DNA from: Lobosporangium transversale
Taxonomy: Eukaryota
DNA: 64,000 nt
NCBI RefSeq assembly: GCF_002105155.1
Contig: NW_019029009.1
Location: 186,001-250,000 of the forward strand
Direction: 5' to 3'
The notes under the pieces are model-generated. The model was not told where the DNA came from, ran no database searches, and saw nothing but the letters and a program-made list of their open reading frames with translations. Made by a program: the position numbers and the translations under genes. This document shows positions 12,217 to 26,587 of the stretch, one piece after another (position 1 is the stretch's first letter; each line of letters begins with the position of its first letter).

Positions 12217-12587
12217 ATGGATCCCATATCAGGAACAGGATCTAAATCAAAGTCTCTCAACTCTCTAAGCAATACATTTAATAGTCTCAACCTCAATACA
12301 TCATCACCCTCAGGGATCATCTCCTCTACTGCTGGAGGAATAGGTAATTCAGGAGCAGGCGTAGGGGGAGCTCATTCTATCAGTACAGCACAGCCCCAGG
12401 GCTCCTCCACCTCTCCTCCTGTCCCAGCATCAAAGAATCGTGCAGAGGAAAAGAAAGCAAAAGCTCTGAGCGATGCCATTGACCGTGCCATTCGAGCGGA
12501 CAAAGAGCGTCTGCAGAAAGAACGAGGCGCAAAATTGCTGATTCTTGGTAAGTGTGTAATATACAAAAGCAATTGTTTTTTTTTTTT

Positions 12588-12620
<33 letters not shown>

Positions 12621-12661
12621 GATCATCTACATCCAAAGAATGACCCGTGAACAAAAGAGGG

Positions 12662-12696
<35 letters not shown>

Positions 12697-12747
12697 ACAT
12701 TTAATTATTTATTTGTTGTTGTTGTTATTGTTGTTATTGTTGATAAC

Positions 12748-12792
<45 letters not shown>

Positions 12793-13760
12793 AGTGAAGG
12801 CGATGTTGTTGTATGCTCTCTTTCTTTCTTTCTCTCTCTCTCTCTCTCTTTAATTCCCATTTCACCAAAAAAGAACCCCCCCCCCCCCCCCCCGAGAGCA
12901 TGTGGAGAAGTATAAGAGGGAGGGAGCGCATTGTGTGATTTTGTGTATCGATGCGATGCGTGTTTTTGTTTGTCTCTACCCTCTTGTGTTGACCTTTGGT
13001 CTGGACTTGGGCTGGGCTGGGCTTGCTGGGCTTGCTTGACTGGCTCTTGTGCAAGATCATTATTTGTTTGTTTTGTATAAAAAAACAAACGGATAAAAGA
13101 GAGTTGATTACAACTTTCACAACACGCAAACAACAAATACACAAATACCTTTTTATTTTATTTTTTTTATAATTTTTTTTTTATAACCCTCTTCTGATCC
13201 TTCTTCCCACCCCTTCTCTTGCCCAACGTGGTACATTGCATTTATTCCCTCGTCTTTCTTTTGTCCACATGTGCGCAAAGCACACATACTAAAGAGACGA
13301 AAACCGTGAAAAAAAAAAGAAAAGTAAAAAATAAACGTGGTTATCACAAGCATGTGTTTGTCAGTAAAGGAAAGGGAGAAGGGGGGAAGGGAAAGGGGGG
13401 GAGGAAGAAGGAAAGGGAAAGGGAAAAATTGGGAGAGAGAGAGAGAAGGAGAGAATTATCAAGGAGAAAAGGGGGAAGGAATACGTGTTCCAAAACAAGA
13501 AAGTGGATCGTGTAGATGCATAGAGATCAATTATGATCTACGGTTGTCTTTCATCTTTTACAGATCAAAAAACGTACAGTGCTTTACTGTTCATTATCTG
13601 TTTTTTTTTTTAAAAAAAAAAAAAAAAACTGTAAAGGAAAGGATTTGTAAAGTGGCAACTTCAATTAGGTGGGATAGTGGTGCTACAATCGAATGAACCG
13701 TCCTTCCAAACCCTTACTTTACCACGCATCGTTATGATATATACTATCGTTATTATTACT

Positions 13761-13796
<36 letters not shown>

Positions 13797-14175
13797 GATG
13801 TGAATCTTTATCAATTGCCCCCTCCTTCTACTAAACCCTTTACGAACCCCCTTCCAAACTTCCCCCCCTTCATTCCGAATATACACTCTGTCATGTTGCA
13901 TGGCATGGTTTTTTTTTTTTGTTGTATTTGTTTTTGTGTGTGTGTTTTGTATCTCTTACTCTGTTGCAGACGCCTCGTTTACTTTTTTTATTATTATTAT
14001 TATTTTTTTATTCATTCAATTATTGTTGTTATTTTATTATTGTTTAAACCTTTTTACATGTCAAGTAAAAAAAAAAAAAAAAAAAAAAAAAGTTGTTGTG
14101 TTACAGAGCAACCACGCGGTATTATTTTCCCCTTTCCATATGGCCATTTTGAAGGGAGGAAGAAAGAAAGAAAGG

Positions 14176-14207
<32 letters not shown>

Positions 14208-15312
14208 GTCATGGAGCAGAACTCGTCATCATCATCATCATCATCAAGGTTATTTCATTTTTTTTTTATATTATTTTGCAAATCAATCGGGAGAGGAGGA
14301 GAAAGAAGAGGCAGGCTATGATACTGTTATATATGCGATATGCGAATATCAATATATATATCTATATACAATATGAAGTTTAAAAAGAGATTGCGATAGA
14401 TAAGTGGGAGAGGCGGAAGGAGAAGAGAGAAAGAGAAGGAGTAGAGCAGTTACAGTTACAGTTGGATGCTACTGTACATGTAATATGCATGTATGATTCA
14501 ATTTAGCAACCAACCTAAACTCTGGTTTTGCAATAATAATGTGTCCTGAAAAAAGAAGAAAAGTGGCGAGTGATGAATGAGGATCGTCTTTGTTTTTTTT
14601 ATTTTTATTTTATTTCGCAATCAAACAAACCTTGGAAGTAGCAGCAGAAAAGAAAAGAAGATTAAAGTAGCGAGTTAAGCTGCCGATCTCTTTTTTATTT
14701 TATTTTATTTTATTTTATTTTATTTATTTTCTACTTTTACTTTTACTTTTACTTTCACTGCTATTTTATTTTAAAGATACTAACTCTAAAGTAATTGAAC
14801 TCTATCATATCCATTCTTTTTTTTTTTTTTCCCCTTCTTCTTTCTAATAAAATATATAATATGATATGATATATAGGCCCATCAGAAACAGGAAAGACAA
14901 CAGTCTTGAAGCAATTGAAGCTACTCTATGGTCGTAAAGGATTGGATGCGGAGCGTCAGACATACAGGAGAGTTGTTCATTTGAACACCATGAAGGCGAT
15001 CCAGGCATTGTCATATGGACTTCAACGAGCCAACATCCCACTGGAGCATGCAGAGAACATTGCTCATCTGGAGACTGTGATGCGATTGGAAACAACGTTG
15101 AAACGATATTCGATTACTTCCATCGGTTTCACCAACCCGGCCATCCCACGTAAAATCACAGATGCAAAGGCGGAGACAGACATGTTTTTGGAAATGGTCC
15201 CTGCCATCAAGGCCCTCTGGGCGGACGCTGGTATCCAAAAAACCTACAGGCACGCATCCAACCTTAACCTTCAGGATTCTGCCAAATAGTAAGAAAATGA
15301 CGAAAGAGAGCG

Positions 15313-15351
<39 letters not shown>

Positions 15352-16210
15352 TTTTAAAAAAAAAACCCCCTCTGCGGGAAGCGGAGAATAACTGTTTTAC
15401 TTACTATTTTTTTTTTTATTATTTTTACAACTCATACACTAATTGTTAAAAAAAACTTTTTATAGTTTTCTGGATTCTGTAGACCGAATCGCAGATGTAA
15501 ATTATGTCCCAACAGATGATGATATTCTTCAGGCTCGGGTTAGGACGTTGGCAGTGTCTGAACATCTCTTCAATATTGATGGAGTAATATACAGGTGAGT
15601 AACATGCATGTTTAACAGATGCAATCGATGCAAACGGGACTTTTTCATGAATTCAAACCGAAAAAAAAAAAAAAAATCTTTTTTACATGATGATGATGAT
15701 CTTTCTAACATATATATATAACTGTTTATTTGTTTTTTTTTTATTTTTTGGGATAATTGCGATAACAGGATCTTTGATGTCGGTGGCCAAAAGTCACTAC
15801 GAAAATATTGGGCGTAAGTAAACACTGCAATATTTTTTTTTTTATTTTTTGTTTTTTGTTTTTCTTTTCTCCTGATGATCTCATGGAACAACAACAACAA
15901 CAACAAAAAGGAATGTGTTCAATATCAATTGCGGTAACTGGAAACAAAGAAAAAGATTTCGGGTAGCGAGCTGCATGCATGTGTGTACTTCTGCGGACAA
16001 CGTGGCGATTTATAAGTGCATGATGGGAGGGAAAAAATAGTATTATATTTATATATATTTATAATACAGGTCAAACAGGACAATTATATCATCGGTATAT
16101 TTTGACGGGATAATATATATACATTATATATACAAATGTATATACTCACGAGCTAAGGAAGAGGAAGAAGAAGAAGAAAAATAACGCTAACAACTAGAAC
16201 GACGACAACG

Positions 16211-16251
<41 letters not shown>

Positions 16252-16939
16252 AATAATAATAATATATAATTACATATAACAACTATAACTCTGAAAATTG
16301 ATGATGATCAGGGAGAAAACGCTGTGTGGAGCAACGCTCTAAAATGTCAATTTCTTTGTGTGTGGATATTGAAATCGGGCTCTCATAAAGTTTCCTACTC
16401 CTCCCCTCCCCACCCTCTCTTTCCCCCTTTGTCCCTTCTTCTCCACTCCACTTCCTCCTTTCCTCTGCTCGTCTTCTTTCTTTTTATGGAAACTAACTTT
16501 GTAATTGTGTTGACTTTTTTTTTTTTTTTTTTTTTTCCTTGACATTTTAGGCCATATTTTGATGACGTCAACGCGATTATTTTCATGGTAGCCTTATCAG
16601 CATACGATCAACCGTGTGAGGATAATGAGCGATTGAACCGATTAGAGGAATGTATGGCGCTCTTCAACTCGATTGCAAACCACAAGTTGTTCGAGACCAC
16701 GTCCTTCCTGTTGTTCCTGAACAAGATCGATATCTTTCAACAAAAGTTGGAGGCCGGTTCCTTGGTCAGTGATCATTTCCCAGAATACAGAGGACCCAAT
16801 GATTATGCCCATACGACCCTGTTCTTCCAACAACGGTTCTTGCAACAATGTAAAGATACAGCCAAACAGGTCTATACCCATTTCACACATGCCACGGTAA
16901 GTTTTTTTCCCCTCTTTTCTCTTTTCTCTTTTCTTTTTC

Positions 16940-16971
<32 letters not shown>

Positions 16972-17356
16972 TTATTATTATGTTTTAAAAAAGAAAAAAA
17001 AAAAAAGGTACATGTACATGTAAAAATGGGTTCAAGGTTTAGTTTTGCTTGTATATATATATATTTGTGTATTGTGTTATATATATATTGTTGCTTAGTG
17101 TAAAAATAATTGTTCTTTTTATTTTATTTTATTTTATTTATTATTATTATTTTTTTTTTTTTTGCCATGTGGGTGACACAACCAACGATTTTTTACACGA
17201 AGCTTGTCCTACCATCTCATCTCATCTCACTTCCACCCTTAATTTCTCCTATTCGCCGTGGATATTGTACGATGTATTTATGAGTGGGGACTGACTGGCT
17301 GGGTTGGTTTTGATGAGACCTACTTTTTTTTTTTTTTTTTTGTGAATTGAAGTGGG

Positions 17357-17387
<31 letters not shown>

Positions 17388-17658
17388 GTATATTTATCAT
17401 TTACCATAGTCATCATATTATTCAATCCATTCGCCCCTGTTCCTAACCCGGATCGATAAAACATAATTTGATCCGCCAACAAAAAAAAAAAAAAAAAAAA
17501 AAAAACCACAAACTCTTTTTTATATGTATTATATATATGTTAATATTAACAAATTTATACTTTATGCTTATTAGGATACGAACCAAATGAAAGCCATTGT
17601 TGTGGCAGTGAACTCGATCGTTCAACACTTGAATCTTCGCAACTCGGGACTCTTGTAA
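12217..17658 (+). CDS. Heterotrimeric G-protein alpha subunit (atypical), 6 exons
   Basis: Exons about 12217-12547, 14877-15288, 15466-15594, 15769-15813, 16551-16896 and 17575-17658. Motifs KLLILGPSETGKTT, QARVRT, FDVGGQ, LFLNKID, HFTHAT, C-terminal NSGLL. Confidence 0.93.
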
Positions 17659-17835
17659 AGAAAATTACGCAAGGAAAAAGGACAGAAAAAGGACAGAAAA
17701 AAAAATAAAAAAAAAAAAAAAAAGATCGACCATAATAATGACCAGCATTAACCCATCCAGTCATCCAGTCATCCAGTCATCCAGTCATCCAGCCATCCAG
17801 TCATTCAGCCATCAATAATAGCAGCAATAGCAATG

Positions 17836-17870
<35 letters not shown>

Positions 17871-18665
17871 GATTGGAATGAACGAACAGGATTGCTTTTT
17901 TTTATTTTCTTTTAACATTTAATTTTTATTTATATTTCTATCTAGCTAGTATTATTATAGTTTTAAAAAGCAACCCATTTGATGACATGAACATTTATTC
18001 CAAACCAGAAAAGAAGAAGGGAAAAATAAAAATAAAAATAAAAATAAAAAAAGAGAAAATAGAGTCTAGTAATAGCTGGTTAGCTGGTTTAGGCATCGAT
18101 CGAGTAGCATTCGACAGCAATATCATGTATGAATGAATCATCACTACTACACTTTATTAACTTTCTACAAACAAAAAGAAAAAAAAAAAATTCCATATAC
18201 TTGCTATCTCTCAGTAACACTTTGCCATATTCACACCAAAAGGAATTGCACCATAAAAAGTCTTTGTACCCTAAATCCTTGGCAACCCAAAAATGTAAAA
18301 TAAACTACACAATACACATCTGCAAACGAACACATTTGACCTTGAACAAATCTCTTTTTTTTTTTTTTTTTTTTTCTTTCTTTTTTTCTTTTTTTCTTTT
18401 TTTGTTGTTCTTCTTGTCCTTATTGTTGTTATTTAAATTAAGTTAAGCTCCATGGCTTCTTTGAGGAAAAGAGAAAAGGTAAATGGTCATGGAAAATTGC
18501 TTTTAAACATAGTTTGAGTGTGCGTATCATTAGAAAAACATATAAAAAAAATAGCAAAAGTATGCTCGGCAAGGTGAGGGTTATAGCGCGCGACCTTGTG
18601 TGTGATGGTGCAAATATATCTTTGGTTGTCGTCGTCGATCACTCTTTCTTTTTCTTCTTTTTTTC

Positions 18666-18702
<37 letters not shown>

Positions 18703-18757
18703 GGCATTATGGAGCTTCATTCACAATAGAATACATCTAAATTGAAACATCGCCCTT

Positions 18758-21700
18758 TCAGGATCTTGATTTTTGAATAAAGGCCTAAACAAGAATCGTG
18801 AATCCCAGAAATACATCAGCAACATTTTAAACAGAATCATCCAAATCTTTCAATCAAATCAATCCTCATATCAATATACCTGGAAATACTTCTTGAATTG
18901 CTTCGCATCCAGTTGTTGCAGTGCCTGTACGTATTCCTGCGTCAAATCTACGGGGCAGTTGATCGATGGCAAGTAAACTTGACTCAAGTACGTTAAAAAC
19001 GCATCTCCCTGCTTCGCTGCCATAGCCTTTTGCAACCCCGCAATCTCTCCTAGCACCAACACCGATTGACCATCCTGCAAATCAAACGAGGGCTTCATGG
19101 GTACTTCAAATGTAATCCGAACAATATGCTCATACATAAACTGATAGAACCCGGGCGCCTCCTGCTTAGTTCCTCCCTCTACCGATCCATCTGAAACACC
19201 ATTGGCCCCATTTGAAGGCTTCTCCCCAGGTGTCTCTCCTTGACTACCCCAGGAATTGACTGCTTTGAGCAAAATACCAAATGCCATCCTGCTCACCGGC
19301 ACATCCGTCATATCTTGTGCATAATGAAGTACGCTCTGCAAAATCAAGTTCAGATGCTGGCCATTAACTAAGTATAATAAACAAAGTTCAACTTGTCAAG
19401 TTCTGTATAATCACACTGTTTTTTTTTTTTTTTTTTTTTTTTTCATCTGAATCAGTTCCTCAAGAAATATAAACACATCTTATCTTACCTTCAGTGATCA
19501 ACACACTTTCCAGTTCAGACGAAAACAATCCCATCAAAAATGCCAAGTAGCTCTTGCGAAGTTCAACTAGGGCCATGACCTCATCTGTACCACTAGGAAC
19601 TTGGTTCAAGAAGAAGAACACTTTTTGCACCAGAGGGAAGAACAGCTCGTTCAAAATAGACATGATCGTCGCCTTGAACTTGTGCGCTACCTGACCCATA
19701 AAAGGCAAAAACTCGACCAGCTCCACAACCGAGCATTCCTGGAGTAAGCCAGTGATCAACGTGGGTAAGTATGGCTGCACATCTTGCCCCAAACAGTTGA
19801 TAAGCCTTCCAAACGTAAATCTCGCCGCTGCTCGAATGATTTCAAATCTCGAAAGTGTTTCCAGTGCTATCAATGTAATCTCCGCCACTTGCTTGAAGAT
19901 CTGTGCACATGGTCCTCCTGCTCCTGCTCCCGTCCCTGCCCCTGTCGCCGTGTTGGAAGTCTTTTTGGCATTCATCACATCTGGGAATCCTTTGGCAACA
20001 CTACCTAACGCCATCAAACGCTGATGCAATGTCCAAACAGTCTCCATTTCATTATGCCTAGGCGATCCTACTCCAACACCAGCACCTCCTCCAATTATTC
20101 CATTCGAGCTCTGTTGAATTGTACGGCATGCCTCCAAGCTCGCTTGAATCTCGGTCAAGAATGGAGTCATGACCGCAGAAAGATACTCGACCTGTTGTTG
20201 AGCGGGTATAGAATCTTGAGAGATTAAAAGCCCTACGGCCTCAAAAAGATATGTCTTTGTCTCAAAAATCTGGTCTTTGTATGTGGATATATCAAAGTCA
20301 GGCGCCAACATCGGGGGCAATGAACCCTCAATAGTCAATACATCCTGAATATTGGTAAGAACTGTTTGAACATATGGAGTAAGTCTATATTTGAGATCCT
20401 TGCTGAAGCGCCAGAACAGATACCAGGCGCGGGTGCGGTTTGCGGAGATGGGATGATGAAGTCCACGTGCGTCAACAAACGCTTCCAGCACGTCAGGGAT
20501 GCACTCTGGACGAATCTCAAAAAAGTTGGAGTAACGACAGGCAATCTCGAAAAAATTGGCAGAGACGGATGGATGTGGATATGCGGAAACGCCACTCTTA
20601 CACATCTCAAAAAGGCATTCTCCCAGAGGAGTCAATGGTGCTCCAGCCGGTGGAACAGGATGTACAATCTTCCCTCCATTTGCTCCGACACTAGGAGCGA
20701 CAACAGCAAATTGAGGTACCCCCTTGATGGCCTCTCCATAAAGATAGAGGAGGTACAAAGCCAACTCCAAGTCTCTCCAATCTGATGAACCCGCGGATCC
20801 CGACACTTTTTCGTTCACATAAGTCGTAAGAGTTGTAGTAACAGCAGAATGCAAAAATGTAGTTGTCATACTGGCCGAAAGGGTGGCGATCTGATCATAG
20901 AAACGTTTCAACTCCCGACGTAGTTCCAAAAAGTCGAGCATTTCTTCGTCCGCTATCGAGTCCTCACCAATGGTTCCAACCGATTCTGAGCCTCCTGCGA
21001 TGGCGACACAAACCCAATCCATGTCCTCGCCATATTTCATTTTCATAACAATCGACTCTAGGATCTGGCGCATAAGCTCCTTTTGTTCCTGAGGCAGCGA
21101 TCCAGTCGCCTTTTTGATTGTCTTGAATATATTAAGGATTTCGCGCAAGAAGCCGAACACCGCCTCTGAAACATTGTCGTTTTCATCTCTCAAGAACTGG
21201 AGCAAGATGGGGACAAGATGAGAAATATGAGTGTAGGCTGTTGGGCTGGCAGTAGGAGGATAGTTCGAGTTGGCTTGAGGGTTAGTATCCTGCCATATCT
21301 GACAGAGTTGTAAGCCTAGATTGTTGACAAGTCGAGCGACACGTTCACGGAACTCAGAGTCAGACTAGTCATACCAACCAAATAGAACAGGTTAAATCAA
21401 TATGAGATGTCCGAGTATGGTCTTGGAGAATATACAGATTTATACCACAAAAAAGCTTACCGAAAGATCGATTCGCTGGAGGACTTCAACCACGCCAAGT
21501 ATGCCGATGAGCTGGAGTTTGTCCAATGGCTTCATTCCTTTTTTAACAATGTCTGTCAAGCAATCTGCTGCTGCATTGCGGATGGATGTGGTCATCAGGA
21601 AGCTATAAATCAATGATACAAATCGCTCATTGACGATAAGGGAGATATCAATCCAAACTAGTTACAGGTGAAAGAAAATATCTATCTTGATGAGTATTAC

Positions 21701-23455
21701 TGCCTCGCAAATAAATTCTCAATAAATCAATAGGCTACTGGAGTAGTGAATAACACGTACCAACATAAACTCCTACAATACGAAGTAGCATTTCTGCGAA
21801 ATCCAGGCTACGCTCTTTATATTCCGCTAGTAGCTCGTACCAGGCATTAGTGAGCGCTGGGACATCCTGTTCTCTCATGCGGTCCTTGATGTTAATGTTC
21901 AAAGTGTTCTCCTCCTTTGAACTGACACGAGCGCTAAGAGTGTTGACAACCTCTTCGTCAATCGACATAAGAATCCTAAGAAACAGATCGACCATCTTCA
22001 TATTTGACTTTCCAGACGACTGAGGTAAAGGAGCGATGAGGGCAAGCATATCCGAAAAAAAGGTGTTCCATGATTTAAGATATGTTTGTCTGAAAAGAAG
22101 TGCCACTGCATGCGCGAATTTGTTCTTGAGATCTATGTGATAAACGAATTACGGTTGTGACATGAGGCAGTTAGTATGTGTCCACTCCAAGATTGTCTCC
22201 ATGATGCACATATGGGTCTCCTTCCAAGCTTAGAAGATCGGATCCCTGTACTCACATGATGGCTCTCCACTTAGTGTGTTGTCCACGCCTCCGTTGACGA
22301 ATTCACGTTGAATATATTCCATGAAAGTCTGTCGAAAGAAGTTCAACCTCGACTCATCCAATGTATTGGACCTAGAATTATCATTAGAAAGGATCGAGAA
22401 AGAGAAAAGAGAGGTGAGTCAATCTGTGATTCATTTCGAGCAAGGAGGCGTAGTCGATTTGCTTCACAGATCGAAGCTAAACTATGATTCACCACAGAGT
22501 GCACGGCCCCTTGTTCCATACCTGGCCATGAGAACTTCTTCGATTACTTGTAGACAGAACAAGCGTGTTTCTGGAGTGCTATTTGAATGTCCAAATGTTC
22601 ATTTTGAAGTAATCCTAGTTATTAGTCATGTACAGTCATTGGATAACATATAATTTGGATAAGAAAATATAAAATCAAACAAGATGATTGGAACAGGTGA
22701 GCATAAAGAGCTTGAGAAAGCTACTGAATAAATTAAAAACACTACCTCTTGGGCTCCCGAATGTATAACGCCAGACACAATTGCCATCCATCTGGAGACG
22801 CCTTGACTTGCTCGCAGTATTGCGTCGCCTGTAAGTATTAGATTGTGAATGAATGACAAAATAAAACAATAGTTAGTTTAATTCGCAGTGTCATGGAGAG
22901 ATTACATTTAGAACTCGTCAACACTGAGCCTTGTGGCGCGGTGGCAATAACAATAACAAAAAAAAAAAAAAAAAAAAAAAGTAAAAAGTAAAATAAGAGC
23001 TTCTTTGCATGGGGAACAGTCAATTCATGTTAAAACAAAGACTCCTGAGCTTCCTATAGTTTTGTGTTGACCTCAACTTGGTGCTTGCTCTTCCAAGTTA
23101 ATGAGGAGCCACAGCTGATTTTATTCAACAACAGACTTATAGATCTGGCTTTGAGAACATTGCCAGACTTTTTCTCTTTCATTTACTGAAAGTATGTTCA
23201 TAGCACAACTTCCGTGCAATCGAATTAAAGCACCTTGATCATAAATTGAAATCCAGAAGTCTGTAAAGTTTGTGTCCTGTTGTTCTGTAATGGGCTTTCA
23301 GTCACAATAGATCAGTTTTCTTGCCATGACAGATTAGACTCTTCCATTTATAATCAATCTTTTTTTTTTTTTTTTTTTTTTTTTGCAGGGTCCATCGCTT
23401 TTTTTGCATACGAACCCCTCGAAAGTGAAGAGTAGTGAAGAAGACCTTGCAAGAT

Positions 23456-23486
<31 letters not shown>

Positions 23487-23584
23487 GCTTAAAGAACAAT
23501 GACCAAGAAACCCACCTGCTGCTTCAAGGCGAGGTCTGCAGTTGGGCTCAGCGCACAAGCAACGGCCTCTTCGATATGTTCCAT
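18758..23584 (-). CDS. los1: Exportin-T (tRNA exportin), multi-exon
   Basis: First exon MEHIEEAVACALSPTADLALKQQ, then QYCEQVKASPDGWQLCLALY, FLRILMSIDEEV, IKDRMRE, WRDLELALYLLYLYGEA, RTRAWYLFWRF, end FKKYFQAFIQKSRS*. Confidence 0.9.
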
Positions 23585-24155
23585 TTATCGATATTTTGTT
23601 CTTTTTTCTTTTTTTCTTTTTTTCCTTTTTTTTTTTTTTGTATAAATGTAGTTGTTGTCCAACTAATTATCAAAAATGAAGTTTTTTATGGATTGTAAGA
23701 AGAAATTAAACAATGGGCACAAGTGAGAAGTAGATTTTTCTGTTTTAATGTATAGTGTGAGTAAATGAGTGAATGCGAACAGAAATGAATAAATGAGTAA
23801 CAAGAAGAAAGAAATCGTTAAAGACAGTAATGAAGAAAGAAATAGGAGAAAGGAAAAGGTAAAAGATATGGTGGCAAACAAAAGAAGAAGAAAAAAAACC
23901 AAGAAAGTGGGATTAGAAGCCAAAGGAACGACAATGATTTGAATCTTTTTTTCTGCTCACTGGGGCAAGTCTCAGGATAAACAAAAACTTTTTTGCGCTT
24001 GCACCGCACGTCCTGCATGGCACGCACGCATTCTCAGTCATTGATCTAATAAATGAAAACGTGACATGTTGCCGTAGTTTTTACGATTCATTTTTGTCAC
24101 TTGGAGGCGCACCAAAAAAAAAAAAAAAGTTTTTTTCCAACAGATCCCTTCATTC

Positions 24156-25139
24156 ATGTCGCGCGACTCAATGACATCTGTCACTCCTACATCACTCTCA
24201 AACCTTGAGCAATTCACTTGGGCATCACCACTTGCTTCACCCTTGGCTTCAGATGGTAATTTAACACAGCTATTCCATCTTGTTTTGTAGAATTACACCT
24301 TCTTCAAACCGTCCTATCCTTGATAAGTGACAGGACAAGCGACAGAGTGACTCCTTGATGTGGTGATCTGATAAATCTAAACTGATAGAATAGCACAGAT
24401 GATTCTCCTACTCCCACTATCCCCTTGCCACACGTGTTCCATCTTCTAACACTCTCCAACCCTCCACGCACTAGAGTATGTCTTCATCTTGAGTTGTCTC
24501 CAGCCATACGCAGACATGGCTCGGCTTTGTCGACTGGCTCAACAAAAACAAAGTGGTTCCTCTCTCTCTGCCTCCTTCTCCTCTTCCTCTTCTTCATCTT
24601 CATCTTCTTCGTCATCCGCACACGCCATCCTCTTAGCACTCTCATGCATGAATCAATATGAGCTTCGAAGAGCCTGTCATGAGTGGAAAGCCGTCATTGT
24701 GCATATCAATCCTGAATGCAGGGCCCTACAGCAAGCTGTTTTTTCCCATTACAATCGCTTTCATCTTTGGGCTACTATTCAAGCAATCGTTTGGGGGACT
24801 GCACTCGCTGCTGTAGGACTGCGTCAGAACGCCATCATTCGCTCCACGCGTTGGCCATCTTCAAGGCTAGTCTCCACTTGTGTTGCGCTTTTAGGATGTC
24901 TCTTCACCACAACGTGTATATCAAAGACTTCAGAATCAATCATAGCCATCCCACGGGGATATGATGTGATCAAAGTCAAGGATGAAGATACTGGTATAGA
25001 TCATTTATTTTTGATTCGACGCGATTTCAAGTTGAAATTTGATCCAAGAGTTATACCCATGTACTTACTCTCTGGAATGGGTTTAGGTACTATCATCTTG
25101 GGTGCCCGTATCGCGTTCAAAATCAAAAGAACAGCCTAG
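24156..25139 (+). CDS. Hypothetical membrane protein (probably 2 exons)
   Basis: 216-aa ORF with about three hydrophobic segments. Putative first exon 24156-24255 splices in phase to a CTAG acceptor near 24474 with a CTAAC branch point. Confidence 0.55.
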
Positions 25140-26587
25140 ATTTCTGTATCTAAAGTAGTTAAATAATAGAAATAGTTCACATGTTATCTTGGACCCATAT
25201 CCGCTCCATGCATAACGGACGAGAACAGCCTTGGATATACATGCCAAGCGCACCGTCTAGAATAAAAGAAGACGGGGAAAAGAAGGAAAGAAAAATAAAA
25301 ATATTAAACCTTGTCATCAACAGATAGCTTAACTGTTTTGCATCTGAATTTGAATCTTGTGATTGTGGCCTATTTCAATTTATGGATGTTTGCCACCAAT
25401 AATAAAGGTTGGGCTGTTAATTTATTTTACATTGGCATTGTCCGTATTCTCCATTCACTTTATTGTGTTTTTTTTTTTTTTTTTTTATTTTTTTTTTTTA
25501 GAAATAAGCTATTTGTGGACTTGGTGTTTCCTCAACGCCCTGCTTTGTGTTCAGTTACAGTGGACAAAATGATTATTGGGCGACGCCGCCATCCCAACTG
25601 CATGATTAATCTATGGCACGTAGTCCACTATCTTTTTTTTACGATGAAAGCGGCGCCGGGTAATTTACGTAATGCGAATCCTTTCTAGATAACCGTAGCA
25701 CCTGATAGGGAACATAAAGCCCAGCTAACAGCCCAAAATCTACTTGATGACGATCTTGCAAACAAAAAAGACTCCATAGGCAAACTAGCAATAGTTGCTA
25801 CTTACTGGCTTGAACCTTTTATGTCTCCACATCCATAAAAACTTGATGGCTGTATTGTAATCTGGATGCCAAGCTTTAAAGTCTACAAATCAGCTGAAGA
25901 ACATAACATTATCCAGCCTCATTTTTGTGCACTATAGACAAGAGTATTAGGAACCATTTTTCTTACTCGACTTGATATACCGTTTTTGTTATTGTAGGAT
26001 TTTTAGGACATGAAGTATAATCACACTAAGCCATGCCTTTTTTTTTTTTTTTTTAAATATGAGTGCCTCTTATTCCTTTAATTGCATTATCTTGTGTTGT
26101 ATTGCTACATAACTTGGTTCGCAACCCCCCGTCTTTGACGTTGCATGTGCTTTGGCTGTAAAAATGTCAAGCAAACAAATTTACGTGGAAGAACAAACTA
26201 GGTTCCACTATATCGACGTGGGTGCAACGCCACATAATCATATCGATGGACAATAAGGTTATCAACTTTGTTTATGTAAACCTTGTTTTCAACCCGATTC
26301 AGCTGTCAATTAATATAAATGACTCGTGTTTCCCACTTTTATTGACTTCTTCAACAACGCACTCTTCCTCATCTTTTATTACTATTGTTATTATTCTGCC
26401 TATTGCGTCTTCCCCTTTCCTCTGCTCCTTCTCCTTTATCTCCCCCCTTCATTTCTTCTTCAGGCTACTCAAATTGATCGTATTCTACTTTACTTATACG
26501 CATTGAGCCATTTAGATTTTCTACTTTCTTCATTTCTTCTTTACTCCCTTTCCTCCCTTCTGTTTTTTCATTCTTTCTTTAGTAGCC

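Noticed and set aside
25560..25960. Coding-like fragments on the minus strand (also 29860-30430 and 55990-56650)
   Set aside because: Too decayed to assign to a family by eye.
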